In this document: piece after piece, positions 46,876-56,386 of the stretch
Numbering within the stretch: position 1 is the stretch's first letter
Layout of the letters: the number at the start of each line of letters is the position of its first letter
From: an uncultured Pedosphaera sp.
GTDB lineage: Bacteria; Verrucomicrobiota; Verrucomicrobiia; Limisphaerales; Pedosphaeraceae
Direction: 5' to 3'
DNA length: 64,000 bases
Assembly (NCBI GenBank): GCA_903918755.1
Contig: CAIXFN010000034.1
Coordinates: forward strand, 156,618-220,617
Made by a program: the position numbers and the translations under genes
The notes under the pieces: model-generated
Seen by the model: the letters and a program-made list of their open reading frames with translations, nothing else
What the model was told of the DNA's origin: nothing
Database searches by the model: none

Positions 46876-47313
46876 ATGAAAAATCCATTTCTCGTCGCCT
46901 GTCTGGGGCTCCTGGCAGTCAGCCTGAGCGGTTGCATCGTGGTTGGCATCGGTCACGAAACCGAAAGACCGGAAGCGGCACCGATGCCGGCGACCGCCGA
47001 TTCCGTGGTTATTTCGGAGATCAACACCGCCAGCGGCCTGACCTTCGAAAACAACAAACTGGAGGCGTTGAATGCGATTGCGGGCCGCACTTCGCTCAGC
47101 ACCGCCGCCCAGGTCCACCTCGTCCACAAGGCTTTTTCCCGGCTGGATTTTGAACCCTCCAAGGTCACCCTGCTCCAAACCTTGATCAAAAACCCTGCTC
47201 TTTCCAACACCACCAAACAGGCCATTCTAAACAGTCTGAGCAAGTTTTCCTTTGAAAACAACAAGACCACCATCCTGGCCGCCCTCAACCAACGGGGTGA
47301 GTTGAAGGACTAA
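46876..47313 (+). CDS. Lipoprotein with three internal ~30-aa repeats
   Basis: Lipobox LSGC. Repeats LTFENNKLEALNAIAGR / LDFEPSKVTLLQTLIKN / FSFENNKTTILAALNQRG. Confidence 0.6.
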   Translation: MKNPFLVACLGLLAVSLSGCIVVGIGHETERPEAAPMPATADSVVISEINTASGLTFENNKLEALNAIAGRTSLSTAAQVHLVHKAFSRLDFEPSKVTLLQTLIKNPALSNTTKQAILNSLSKFSFENNKTTILAALNQRGELKD

Positions 47314-47437
47314 TCGGATTATCCGCCGCGCCCGTCGTTTTTTCCCGGTGCCCTGACGCTTGACGCGCCGGGGCGCCGGGAATAGTTTTTCCGGACGCAG
47401 CCAGAAAAGCTGATCCTGAACAACAGACGCCCGAATC

Positions 47438-47860
47438 ATGAAAACCTGCTTGCCCTGCATTTGGTTGTGGTTGACCCTGCTCGCCTTGTCCGGTTGCTCC
47501 CGCACCGAGTTTCAGACCAACAACCCACCTCCCTCCGCCACTGCCGATGCCGTCACGCTGGCGGAAATCGACGCCGCGGCGGGACTAACCATGGACAACA
47601 ACCGGCTGGATTCCCTCAAAGCCATCGCCGCCCGGGCCACCCTCACGCCATCCGCCCAGGTGCATTTGGTGAACCGAGCTTTCCATTCCCTGACCTTTGA
47701 AAATTTCAAACTCGACCTCCTGACCGTCCTGATCAAAAACCCGGCTTTTTCCAATGCGGGTAAACAGGCCGTCCTGAACGACCTGGGTCAATTAACTTTC
47801 GAAAACAGCAAAACCGCCATCCTTGCCCAACTTAACGCCCGCGGCGATTTGAAGGATTAA
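47438..47860 (+). CDS. Lipoprotein, tandem paralog of the upstream gene
   Basis: Lipobox LSGC. Same tripartite repeat architecture (LTMDNNRLDSLKAIAAR / LTFENFKLDLLTVLIKN / LTFENSKTAILAQLNARG). Roughly 55% identical to its neighbour by eye. Confidence 0.6.
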   Translation: MKTCLPCIWLWLTLLALSGCSRTEFQTNNPPPSATADAVTLAEIDAAAGLTMDNNRLDSLKAIAARATLTPSAQVHLVNRAFHSLTFENFKLDLLTVLIKNPAFSNAGKQAVLNDLGQLTFENSKTAILAQLNARGDLKD

Positions 47861-47911
47861 GGGCGCTGGCGAGGCCGCCAATTCCCCCGCCCCGCTGCAA
47901 AACGGCCCCTC

Positions 47912-49315
47912 CTACGCCAGAATTTCCCTGATCACGTGCCCATGCACGTCGGTCAATCGCCGATCGATGCCGCCGTGGCGAAACGCGAGCTTTTGGTGAT
48001 CGATGCCCAGCAAATGCAGGATGGTGGCGTGAAAATCATAGGTGCTCGTGGCCCCGGTGGCGGCCTTCCAGGACCATTCGTCGCTTTCGCCATGGGCCAC
48101 GCCGGGTTTGACCCCGGCGCCAGCAAACCAGGAAACAAAGGTGCCGCCGTTGTGGTCCCGGCCGGTCCCGCCCTGGCTGAACGGCATCCGGCCAAACTCG
48201 GTGGTCCAGATCAGTAACGTGTCATCCAGCAGGCCGCGCGCCTTCAGGTCGGCGAGCAGGGCCGCGGCGGGTTGATCCATGCGCCGGGCCATTACGGTCA
48301 CTTCCTTGGGGATATCGGTGTGGTTGTCCCAATTGTTCGAACCGCCCCCGTGACCGCTCCACACCTGCACGAAGCGCACGCCCCGCTCCACCATTCGCCG
48401 CGCCAGCAGACAGCGCTTGCCGAAATCCGCGGTCTCGGTCTCCTCCAGCCCGTACAATTTCCGTGTCGCCTCCGTTTCGCCGGTCACGTCCAGCAACTCC
48501 GGCGCAGCCAATTGCAAGCGCGCGGCCAACTCGTAGCTCTCGATTCGCGCGGTCAACCTGGAATCCTCCGGTCGTTCAGCGGCATGCGCCCGGTTCATTT
48601 CGCGGAGCAACGCCAGGCCCTCCGTCCGGCTCGCCGGTGTGATCCGCGCGACCTCGCCGGGCGGCGCCAGGTGGGTTATCGGCTGCGGGGCCGTGGCATG
48701 GATGACGGTGCCCTGATGGTTGGCGGGCAGGAATCCCGCGGTGAAGGCACTCCGGCCATTGTAAGGCAGGCCCCGGGCATCGGGGAGAACGACGAACGCC
48801 GGCACATTGTCCGCAATGCTGCCCAGCGCATACGATACCCAGGCGCCCGCGCACGGAAAGCCCGGGAGCAGAAAACCGCTTGTTTGTAAATACGAGGCGG
48901 GACCGTGCACGTTGGACACGGACTGCATGGCCATGAGAAAAGCCAGGTCGTCCACGTGCCGCGCCAGGTGCGGGAGCGCGCTGCTCACCCACCGGCCGGA
49001 CTGTCCGTGCTGCGCCCAAGTAAACGGGCTCTTCATCAGGGCGCCGGGCACACTGATGCTGGCCTCCACCCGCTGGCCGCCGCCCGGATCAAACATTTGA
49101 CCGTGCCGCGCGATAAGTTGCGGTTTGTAATCAAACAAATCGCACTGGCTCGCGCCCCCGTTCATGAAGAGTTGGATGACGCGCTTCGCCTTGGGCGCAA
49201 AGGGCGGCGGATTCGCGCCCCGGCTTTCCCGGGCCATGAGCGAGGTCAGCGCCACCCCGCTCAGGCCGGTCGCCAGCCGGCCGAGGAAATCACGACGATT
49301 GGTCAACGGATGCAT
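47912..49315 (-). CDS. DUF1501 domain protein (third copy in the window)
   Basis: Track ORF runs to 49621; start placed at MHPLTNRRDFLGRLATG (49315), a Tat motif. Sulfatase-like blocks present (TTEFGRMPFSQGGTGRDHN). Confidence 0.85.
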   Translation of the reverse strand: MHPLTNRRDFLGRLATGLSGVALTSLMARESRGANPPPFAPKAKRVIQLFMNGGASQCDLFDYKPQLIARHGQMFDPGGGQRVEASISVPGALMKSPFTWAQHGQSGRWVSSALPHLARHVDDLAFLMAMQSVSNVHGPASYLQTSGFLLPGFPCAGAWVSYALGSIADNVPAFVVLPDARGLPYNGRSAFTAGFLPANHQGTVIHATAPQPITHLAPPGEVARITPASRTEGLALLREMNRAHAAERPEDSRLTARIESYELAARLQLAAPELLDVTGETEATRKLYGLEETETADFGKRCLLARRMVERGVRFVQVWSGHGGGSNNWDNHTDIPKEVTVMARRMDQPAAALLADLKARGLLDDTLLIWTTEFGRMPFSQGGTGRDHNGGTFVSWFAGAGVKPGVAHGESDEWSWKAATGATSTYDFHATILHLLGIDHQKLAFRHGGIDRRLTDVHGHVIREILA

Positions 49316-49323
49316 GGTTCGGT

Positions 49324-52074
49324 TCAATCCAGGTAGAGGAACTCGTTGATGTTCAAGAGCAGTTGGCAAGCATTCGCCAGGCCGTGGCGCCCCACATAGC
49401 CCGCGAGGTTCTGGCGCTCCACTGCGCTGGCCGGACGCAGCAGGATGAGGCGGCACGCGGCGTCCACTTGCGCCTCGGGAGCGTCCCCCGCCGACGCCTG
49501 CAATCGGGCGGCGATCTGTTCGGATTGGCGGATGAGGAACCGGTCGTTGAGCATGGCGAACGCCTGCACCGCGGTGGTCGAGACGCTGCGCACCGGGGTC
49601 ACCGCCCCGCCGTCGGGGCAATCCAGCGCATCCATCAACGGGTCCGGCACCGTACGGAACAGGAACCGGTAGATGGCGCGCCGCCGACCGGCGGGAGCGT
49701 CCGGATCAAAATGCTCATAGTCCAGAAAAGCCGGATTGCCGCCCGAGTTGAATGTGGCGTCGCCGTGTTCGATGAACTGCACCGCGGGCGGCCCGCCCAT
49801 GGTGAGATCCAGCCGTCCGCTCAGCGCCAGAACGGTGTCGCGCACTTCCTCCCCCGTCAGGCGGGGACGGTTCTGCCGCCACAGCCATCGGTTATCTGGA
49901 TCGGCTGCCTCCCCTTGCGCGGCCAGCGTGGTTTGCTTCCAGGTGGCGCTCGTGACGATGAGTTGATCCAACGCTTTCAGCGAGCCATGGGCTTCATCCC
50001 GGAACCAGACCGCCAACCAGTCCAACAATTCCGGGTGACTCGGCGTTCCGCCCATTTTGCCGAAATCATTGGGCGTATCGCAGAGCCCGCGCCCGAAGTG
50101 CCAGGCCCAGACGCGGTTTACAATGCTGCGCCAGGTGAGCACATTGCGGTCATCCGTCAACCAGCGGGCCAGCGCCGCCCGGCGCGCGCCTTCATCGCGG
50201 GCCTCCGTCAAATCCAATTCCCGGGCCATACCCGGAACGCAACTCAGCGCACCCGGCCCCACCAACTCGCCCGGCTTGCCTAGTTCTCCCCGGGCCAGCA
50301 AATGAATCGGTCGCGGTTCGGGTGCCGGCGTGAAATTATCGCCATCGGGCGGGAAATCCCGCGTCACGGCGTAAACCATTTGCGGGGCGGGCAACGCGGC
50401 GAGCAACCGCTGGTTTTCCTCGCGCAATACCGCCAAAGCCAGTTCCTCGCGCTGTGCCGGGGTGCGCTGGCTTGCTGGCAACCGCAAGATCGTCGCCAGC
50501 GCCACCGGCACCGGTTTGATCACATTCGCGGTCGCCGCGGCACCACTGACGGAAAGGCGGAACCGCCCGATTCCATGCCCCCGGGCGCCGGCCTGATTCT
50601 CCAACAGGAAGGTCAAGGTGGCTCCGGCGGGATAAGCCACCGGATCCTTCACCTCGAACACCACCTCGTGCGGCTCACCATAGCGGGGATGCACGCCCCA
50701 ATGGGTCTCGGGATTACCATCAATGGCTTGCGCGGCGGAGATGGCGGGACCTTCGTCGTAATCCGCCGTGGCCCGGGCAAAGAGCACTGGGCTTGCGCCT
50801 TCGCTGGTGGCATTGGTCGCGGCGAAGGCGCGAAATTCGTTCAGATGGAAATTGCCGTTATCCCATCGGCCGGGTCCCTTTTGCGGCAACCGGTCATCCG
50901 GCAATACCTCCAACCGCACCGCCGCCAGCCGGCCCGCCGGGGCGTGACCGGTGACCACGTAAGTATCGCGATCCGGCCGCGTGCCACTGGCCAGCCAGGA
51001 GCCATCCGGTTGCCGGGTCAGGGTGGCGCCGCCGGTCGAAACGACGCTCCCGACTTCCAGAGGTGTCCAGGCCCCTTCCCGTTTTGCCCAATCCTGTTCC
51101 CAAGCCGCCACTTTTGCGACGACACTCGACGTCGCCAGCCGGGCCGCCAGCGCCGCGTCCGGGTTTTTCAACCATCGCTGTTCCGCCAGCAGCCCCTGCC
51201 GGATGCGGTGCGTCGCGGGGTCGGCATCATACGGTCGATCCGTCCGATCCACACCGGCGAACACGGCTTGCAACGAATAATACTCCCGCTGGCTGATGGG
51301 ATCGAATTTGTGATTGTGGCAGCGGGCGCAGTGGATCGTCAGGCTTTGGAAGGTGCCCACCGCCGCGCTGACCATGTTGTCGCGGTCCAGGTTTTGCGCT
51401 ATCCGATGGTCCACCGTGTCCGCCCGCACCGTCACCATCAGTGTGTGGTCCCAAGGGCCGGCGGCCAGGAAACCCAGCGCCACCGTTGCCTGCGGATCCT
51501 CTGGAAACAGCACATCCCCGGCGAGTTGCTCTTGCACGAATTGCCGGTAAGGCTTGTCCTCGTTGAACGCCCGAATCACATAGTCCCGGTACGGCCAGGC
51601 GTGCGGCCGGGCAAAGTCGTGATCATTCCCGTGAGTGTCCGCGTAATTCGCCACATCCAGCCAATGCCGCGCGAGATGCTCACCTCTCCGCGGTGAAGCC
51701 AGCAGCCGGGCAGCCAGCTTCTCGTAGGCCGCCGGATCCGGGTCTGCCACAAATGCCGCCAATTCCTCTGGCGTGGGGGGCAATCCGGTGAGGTCATAAC
51801 TCAACCGGCGGTACAGGGTCCGGCGATCCGCCATCGGCGATGCGACCATCCCCTGCTCCTTGAGTTTTGCGGCAATGAACGCGTCCAACGGATTGGCGAC
51901 TGCGGCGGGCACGGCGGGTCTGGCCAGCGGGGTCAGAGACCAATGGAGTTTTGCCCCCGCCTGGACACCCTCATCACCGGCGTAAACCAAGGGCGCAGCC
52001 AGGCCAGCGGCGGCCGCCAGGCCCAGGAGCAGCGTCAGGATTTGCGCCCGTTTCACAAACTGCACCTTAATCAT
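49324..52074 (-). CDS. DUF1549 (PSCyt2) + DUF1553 (PSD1) protein
   Basis: Track ORF runs to 52332; start placed at MIKVQFVKRAQILTLLLGLAAAAGLAAPLVYA (52074), a signal peptide, which also removes overlap with the upstream gene. Motif IHCARCHNHKFDPISQREYY. Stop is 8 nt before the DUF1501 start. Confidence 0.85.
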   Translation of the reverse strand: MIKVQFVKRAQILTLLLGLAAAAGLAAPLVYAGDEGVQAGAKLHWSLTPLARPAVPAAVANPLDAFIAAKLKEQGMVASPMADRRTLYRRLSYDLTGLPPTPEELAAFVADPDPAAYEKLAARLLASPRRGEHLARHWLDVANYADTHGNDHDFARPHAWPYRDYVIRAFNEDKPYRQFVQEQLAGDVLFPEDPQATVALGFLAAGPWDHTLMVTVRADTVDHRIAQNLDRDNMVSAAVGTFQSLTIHCARCHNHKFDPISQREYYSLQAVFAGVDRTDRPYDADPATHRIRQGLLAEQRWLKNPDAALAARLATSSVVAKVAAWEQDWAKREGAWTPLEVGSVVSTGGATLTRQPDGSWLASGTRPDRDTYVVTGHAPAGRLAAVRLEVLPDDRLPQKGPGRWDNGNFHLNEFRAFAATNATSEGASPVLFARATADYDEGPAISAAQAIDGNPETHWGVHPRYGEPHEVVFEVKDPVAYPAGATLTFLLENQAGARGHGIGRFRLSVSGAAATANVIKPVPVALATILRLPASQRTPAQREELALAVLREENQRLLAALPAPQMVYAVTRDFPPDGDNFTPAPEPRPIHLLARGELGKPGELVGPGALSCVPGMARELDLTEARDEGARRAALARWLTDDRNVLTWRSIVNRVWAWHFGRGLCDTPNDFGKMGGTPSHPELLDWLAVWFRDEAHGSLKALDQLIVTSATWKQTTLAAQGEAADPDNRWLWRQNRPRLTGEEVRDTVLALSGRLDLTMGGPPAVQFIEHGDATFNSGGNPAFLDYEHFDPDAPAGRRRAIYRFLFRTVPDPLMDALDCPDGGAVTPVRSVSTTAVQAFAMLNDRFLIRQSEQIAARLQASAGDAPEAQVDAACRLILLRPASAVERQNLAGYVGRHGLANACQLLLNINEFLYLD

Positions 52075-52192
52075 TACCGACCGCGGGGGCAACCGCGATC
52101 CGCTGCTCCACCGGCCGAGGCCGCCAAAAATAAAAGCCCCGCCGGAGACTCCGGCGAGGCGCTGAATCGACTCCTCGCAGACATCCGCAAGT

Positions 52193-53323
52193 TTACCGGC
52201 GTTCCCGCCCACCTCCGCGGCGCTCCATTTCCACATGGCCACGGATGCGTTCATCGCGAAAGATCGGCACTTCGACCCGCACCTCCCGGTGGGTGAAACC
52301 GCCCACCCGTTCCCGGCCCAGTCCTTCGACAAAAAAGCGGCCGTGTTCGTAGCGGTATCCGTTGGAAATCACGCTATGCCGGAATACGAAATCCACGCGC
52401 TCGCGGGGCAGGAGATGGGCGTGCAGATTGCGTTCCCAGAAGTGATCGTAGCCCACAAAGCAGAACGCGTCCCAACCCAGCCCGAAATCGACATCCAGCG
52501 CCAGCCGCCCGCCGAATTCCAGTCCCACTCCGGCGCGGAAAACGGCCGTGGGCGGCAGCGGTGCCCAACCCAGATAACCCTCGGAATGCCGCCAGGTCAC
52601 CCATGCGGGCGCCCAATCGTAGCCCGGCACCCACACCCAGCCGGAACCGCCCCGGTGCCAGCGACCATAGTGAAACGCGATCTCGCCCCAGGGATAATCG
52701 GACTGCCAGCACCAACCCGCATCCGTGTAGGTCCAATGCCCCTGATCGAGATACGGACGCCAATACGCATCGACGCCCGCCGGCGCCGGCCGCCAGACCC
52801 AACCATAAGTCGGATCCTGGAACCACAAGCCATACGGCGCCAATTGTTCCCGGAAATACTCAAACCCAACGGGGCTGGTCGCACCCGGACCCGGAATTGT
52901 TGGCGCGGCCGGTGCCAGCGGGGCCGGGGGGATGGTCGACACCGGCCCGGAAGGCGGCGCAACCGGCGTGGGTGTTACGATCGGCGGCGGCGTGCTGGGA
53001 ACCGGAACCGGTCTCACCTCCGGCGCGGGACTGGTGTTCATCAAGGCGCGGAGAACATTTTGCGACACTCCCTGGCTGCTCAGATAGATGATCTGATCCG
53101 CCGTCAGGCTGTAGGTGGCGCCGGCGGTCTTGATCTGGGTCAGAATGATGTCTTCCGTGATCCCCGCCCGCGCCAGTTTTACCACATCCTGCACCCCCGG
53201 CGGCAAATCAATCGGGGCATTTTGGGCCTGGCAAAGTTGGCCACTCCCGAACAGCCCGAGGCTGGCGCAGGCCAACCCCAAGGCGAGATGGAATTTCAGC
53301 TGTTGTAAAATGTTCCGTTTCAT
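52193..53323 (-). CDS. Secreted hypothetical protein with a Pro-rich linker and Trp/Gly/Tyr-rich C-terminal domain
   Basis: 376 aa. Signal peptide HLALGLACASLGLFGSGQLCQAQ. Pro/Thr/Val linker. Repeated W-containing blocks (GWVWRP, GWVWVPGYDWAPAWV). Confidence 0.6.
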   Translation of the reverse strand: MKRNILQQLKFHLALGLACASLGLFGSGQLCQAQNAPIDLPPGVQDVVKLARAGITEDIILTQIKTAGATYSLTADQIIYLSSQGVSQNVLRALMNTSPAPEVRPVPVPSTPPPIVTPTPVAPPSGPVSTIPPAPLAPAAPTIPGPGATSPVGFEYFREQLAPYGLWFQDPTYGWVWRPAPAGVDAYWRPYLDQGHWTYTDAGWCWQSDYPWGEIAFHYGRWHRGGSGWVWVPGYDWAPAWVTWRHSEGYLGWAPLPPTAVFRAGVGLEFGGRLALDVDFGLGWDAFCFVGYDHFWERNLHAHLLPRERVDFVFRHSVISNGYRYEHGRFFVEGLGRERVGGFTHREVRVEVPIFRDERIRGHVEMERRGGGRERR

Positions 53324-53413
53324 AAATTCGACTTTCTCTTACTGCGTTCTGCCACCTATACGGCGCCCGATCGCGAATCTTGCTCAATTGGACGGGAATC
53401 CGTCACCGGCACT

Positions 53414-55777
53414 TCAATTCGCCGACTTGCCGCCCCCACCCCCGGGTCCGACGGGTGGCCGCCCGGCGATGGTGCTGACCTGGCCGCTCGCACTCACCTT
53501 GCGAACCACCTGGTTGCCATTGTCGGCGATATACAGATTGCCCTGTCCATCCAACGCAAGTCCTTGCGGTTGATTGAATTGCGCGGTCGCCGCCGGGCCA
53601 TCGGCCCACCCCGCCACCCCGGTGTTTCCCGCCACCGTCGTAACCTCTCCCGCCGGCGTGATCTTGCGAATGGTTTGGTTCCGGGTATCAGACACGAAAA
53701 GGTTCCCGGATTCATCCACGGTGATTCCCCCCGGGTGGTTGAATCGCGCCGCCGCCCCTTTGCCGTCCCCATTGCCGGCTTCAATATCCCCGGCCAAAGT
53801 CGTCACCACTCCGAACGCGGAGATCTTCCGGATCAGATTATTAAAAGTATCTGCCACATAAACATTGCCGGCGGAATCGACCGTCAACCACTTTTCTTTA
53901 TCGCTAAAGCGCGCCTCCGTCCCATTGCCATCCAGTTTCCCGGCACAATTGGTTGATCCGGCCAGTGTGGTGACCAGTCCGCTCCGGGAGACTTTGCGAA
54001 TGGCATAACGGTCGGCGACATAAATGTTTCCGGCGCCATCCACCGCCAGGCCCGAGGGCAGGCTGAAGCGAGCGTTGACACCGGCTCCATCATCCCCCCC
54101 GGGATAGCCGTCCATTCCGGCCAGGTTGGTCACCACGCCAGTGGTGGAGACTTTGCGGATGTTGAATGGTTCCGCGATATAAATCATTCCGGAACGATCC
54201 ACGGCGGTCCCGCGGGGAATGGCCAGCCGGGCGCTGCCCCCGATCCCATTCGTGGTGCCCCGCCAACCGGCATTTCCCGCCAGGACCAACGTCGTCCCCG
54301 CCGGCGTGATCATGGTCAGGGTGCCCTGATCCTTGTCCGTGACATAAACGTTGCCGAAACGATCCGCCGCCACGCCCCAGGGCGATTGAAACGTAAAGTT
54401 GGTCCGCAACACCACGGAACTGCTCAGCGGCAGGGGGCCAATCAAGGGAGTCGGCGGTGCCTGCGTGGCGACGTTGGGGGGCGGCTCCGTCACCGGATTC
54501 GTGGCGACTGCGGACACCGCCGGCCCAACCACCGGGACCCGATTGGTCAGGCTCGGGGCCGGATTCGTGGCCAGCACCGGGGGACGGGAATTTGTTCCCC
54601 CCGCCACCGCCACCGAAGTTCCGGAGTTGGAAATGGCCGACGCCAGGTTGGCGGGTGGCGCTGGACTTCCCGGGTGCGGCGAATGCTTGGGCCAAAACAG
54701 GGTGGCGATCAGCGCGCCGACCGCGAGAATTCCAAAACCCCAAAGCAGAATGGGAATCCGGCGCATCCAGAGCAACTTTTCCCGCACATTCCGCCCCAAA
54801 CCGTGTGGCCCCACCGGGTCCCGCCCCTCGCCAATCCGCTGCAAATCTGCCGCCACATCCGCCATATCGGCGTAGCGCTCGCGCAACTGCCGGCCCATCG
54901 CACCCTCCACCAACATCACCAACCGGGGGTCGGCGGCCGGATTCAAGTCCGTGATGGGACGCGGCGGCCCGGCAACAATCTGCTCCCGAATTTCCTTGGT
55001 GGTCCGGCCCTGGTACGGAGCTTCGCCCGTCAACATTTCGTAAACCAGCGCGCCAAACGCGTAGATGTCGCACCGGGTATCCTCCGCATTGCCGGCCGCC
55101 ACCCCCGGTGACATGTAGGGCGCGGTCCCCTCGCATTGCGATCCGTCCACCTCCAGGATGGAATCGTTAAACATGCTCCGGGCCAGGCCGAAATCAGCCA
55201 GGCAAACCTTGCCTTCCGCCCCGCAGAGCACATTGGCCGGTTTGAGATCGCGATGAATGATCCCGCGCCGGTGGGCGAACTGCAGTCCCGCGCAAACCTG
55301 GCTGGCGATTTCCCGGACCTGGTCCGCCGCCAGCGGTTTCCCCGGCACGATCCGGCGCGCCAGGCTGCCCGCCGCAAAATAGGGCATCACAAAATACGGG
55401 GCCGCCTCACGATCCGACACCTCCCGCACCGGCACGATGTTGGGGTGTTGCAGTTTCTGCAAATGACCCGCTTCCCGCACAAAGCGCCGCGCCACCTGCT
55501 GGTCCGCCGCCAGTTCCGGTCGGACCATTTTGACAGCCACCTCCGTGCCCGTCGCCGTTTCCCGGGCGAGCAACACCACTCCCATTCCCCCGCCCCCCAA
55601 TACCCGCAGGATCTCGAAACGATCCAGCGACGCCAGCAGCCCCGGACGGTTTGGCGGGGAAAGCAACCCGTGCCCGACCAGTTCGGCAATCGGCCCACTG
55701 AAGGCGGAAACCGGGGGCAGAAAACCGCCGGGCAAGCCCGGTGTCGGCGGCTGCGGATCCGGGGGTAATGCGCTCAC
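53414..55777 (-). CDS. Ser/Thr protein kinase with TM segment and C-terminal NHL-repeat beta-propeller
   Basis: Kinase subdomains GGGGMGVVLLA, VAVK, HRDLKPANVL, DFG present. Start placed at GTG 55777, overlapping the upstream TGA (GTGA). NHL-type repeats (GNVYVADTFNNLIRKI, GNLYIADNGNQVVRKV). Confidence 0.85.
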   Translation of the reverse strand: MSALPPDPQPPTPGLPGGFLPPVSAFSGPIAELVGHGLLSPPNRPGLLASLDRFEILRVLGGGGMGVVLLARETATGTEVAVKMVRPELAADQQVARRFVREAGHLQKLQHPNIVPVREVSDREAAPYFVMPYFAAGSLARRIVPGKPLAADQVREIASQVCAGLQFAHRRGIIHRDLKPANVLCGAEGKVCLADFGLARSMFNDSILEVDGSQCEGTAPYMSPGVAAGNAEDTRCDIYAFGALVYEMLTGEAPYQGRTTKEIREQIVAGPPRPITDLNPAADPRLVMLVEGAMGRQLRERYADMADVAADLQRIGEGRDPVGPHGLGRNVREKLLWMRRIPILLWGFGILAVGALIATLFWPKHSPHPGSPAPPANLASAISNSGTSVAVAGGTNSRPPVLATNPAPSLTNRVPVVGPAVSAVATNPVTEPPPNVATQAPPTPLIGPLPLSSSVVLRTNFTFQSPWGVAADRFGNVYVTDKDQGTLTMITPAGTTLVLAGNAGWRGTTNGIGGSARLAIPRGTAVDRSGMIYIAEPFNIRKVSTTGVVTNLAGMDGYPGGDDGAGVNARFSLPSGLAVDGAGNIYVADRYAIRKVSRSGLVTTLAGSTNCAGKLDGNGTEARFSDKEKWLTVDSAGNVYVADTFNNLIRKISAFGVVTTLAGDIEAGNGDGKGAAARFNHPGGITVDESGNLFVSDTRNQTIRKITPAGEVTTVAGNTGVAGWADGPAATAQFNQPQGLALDGQGNLYIADNGNQVVRKVSASGQVSTIAGRPPVGPGGGGGKSAN

Positions 55778-56316
55778 CTGGCACCCTCCTTGATCGCCAC
55801 GGGTGGCAATTTGGCCAGCGCCTGCCCCAGTAACTCCCGAGTGTCCGCATCCACCCAGGTTTGGTCCCACACCCAGCTCAGTCCCCGGCGCAAATCCGCG
55901 TCGCTCAATTGCGAAATCCGCTGATCCAGACGCACCAGCGCCGTGGCGATGCCCACGTAATACAGGGCGGCGGCAATCTCCGGGGGCAGGCAGCTCTCGG
56001 GGTGATCCAGATTCAACTTGGCAAAATCCTTGGTCAGTTGTAGCAATTCCAGCGGCGGCGCGGGGTGATGAAACAATTCCGCAAAACTTTTCAGCACCAA
56101 GCCCTGCGCCTCGCTCAATGACTTCAACCGCAGGGCCGTCGCCGGATCAAACCCGCCCAGATCCACGATCACGGGGGCGGCCATTTGATGCCGGAAAATG
56201 GCGCCCAGTTCATCCGTTCGCCACAACCGGCCATGCTCCGCCCGCTCGGCCAGCAGCGCCGCCAGGTGCTGCGGCCGGCTTTTGAAAACCGATCCGGCGG
56301 AATCAAATTTGGGCAT
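55774..56316 (-). CDS. Hypothetical protein (180 aa) between the sigma and kinase genes
   Basis: ORF with stop overlapping the kinase GTG start. No recognisable domain. Could be an anti-sigma or adaptor component. Confidence 0.5.
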   Translation of the reverse strand: MPKFDSAGSVFKSRPQHLAALLAERAEHGRLWRTDELGAIFRHQMAAPVIVDLGGFDPATALRLKSLSEAQGLVLKSFAELFHHPAPPLELLQLTKDFAKLNLDHPESCLPPEIAAALYYVGIATALVRLDQRISQLSDADLRRGLSWVWDQTWVDADTRELLGQALAKLPPVAIKEGAR

Positions 56317-56386
56317 AGCGTTGCAACTGTCTCACACTCAATACGGTCGGCGATCGGCCATCTTGCACAAAATCTCCCGCCCCGGT

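Noticed and set aside
50302-51696. 464-aa plus-strand ORF
   Set aside because: Antisense to the DUF1549/DUF1553 gene at 49324-52074.
52235-53308. 357-aa plus-strand ORF
   Set aside because: Antisense to the secreted Trp-rich protein gene, which has a clean signal peptide on the minus strand.
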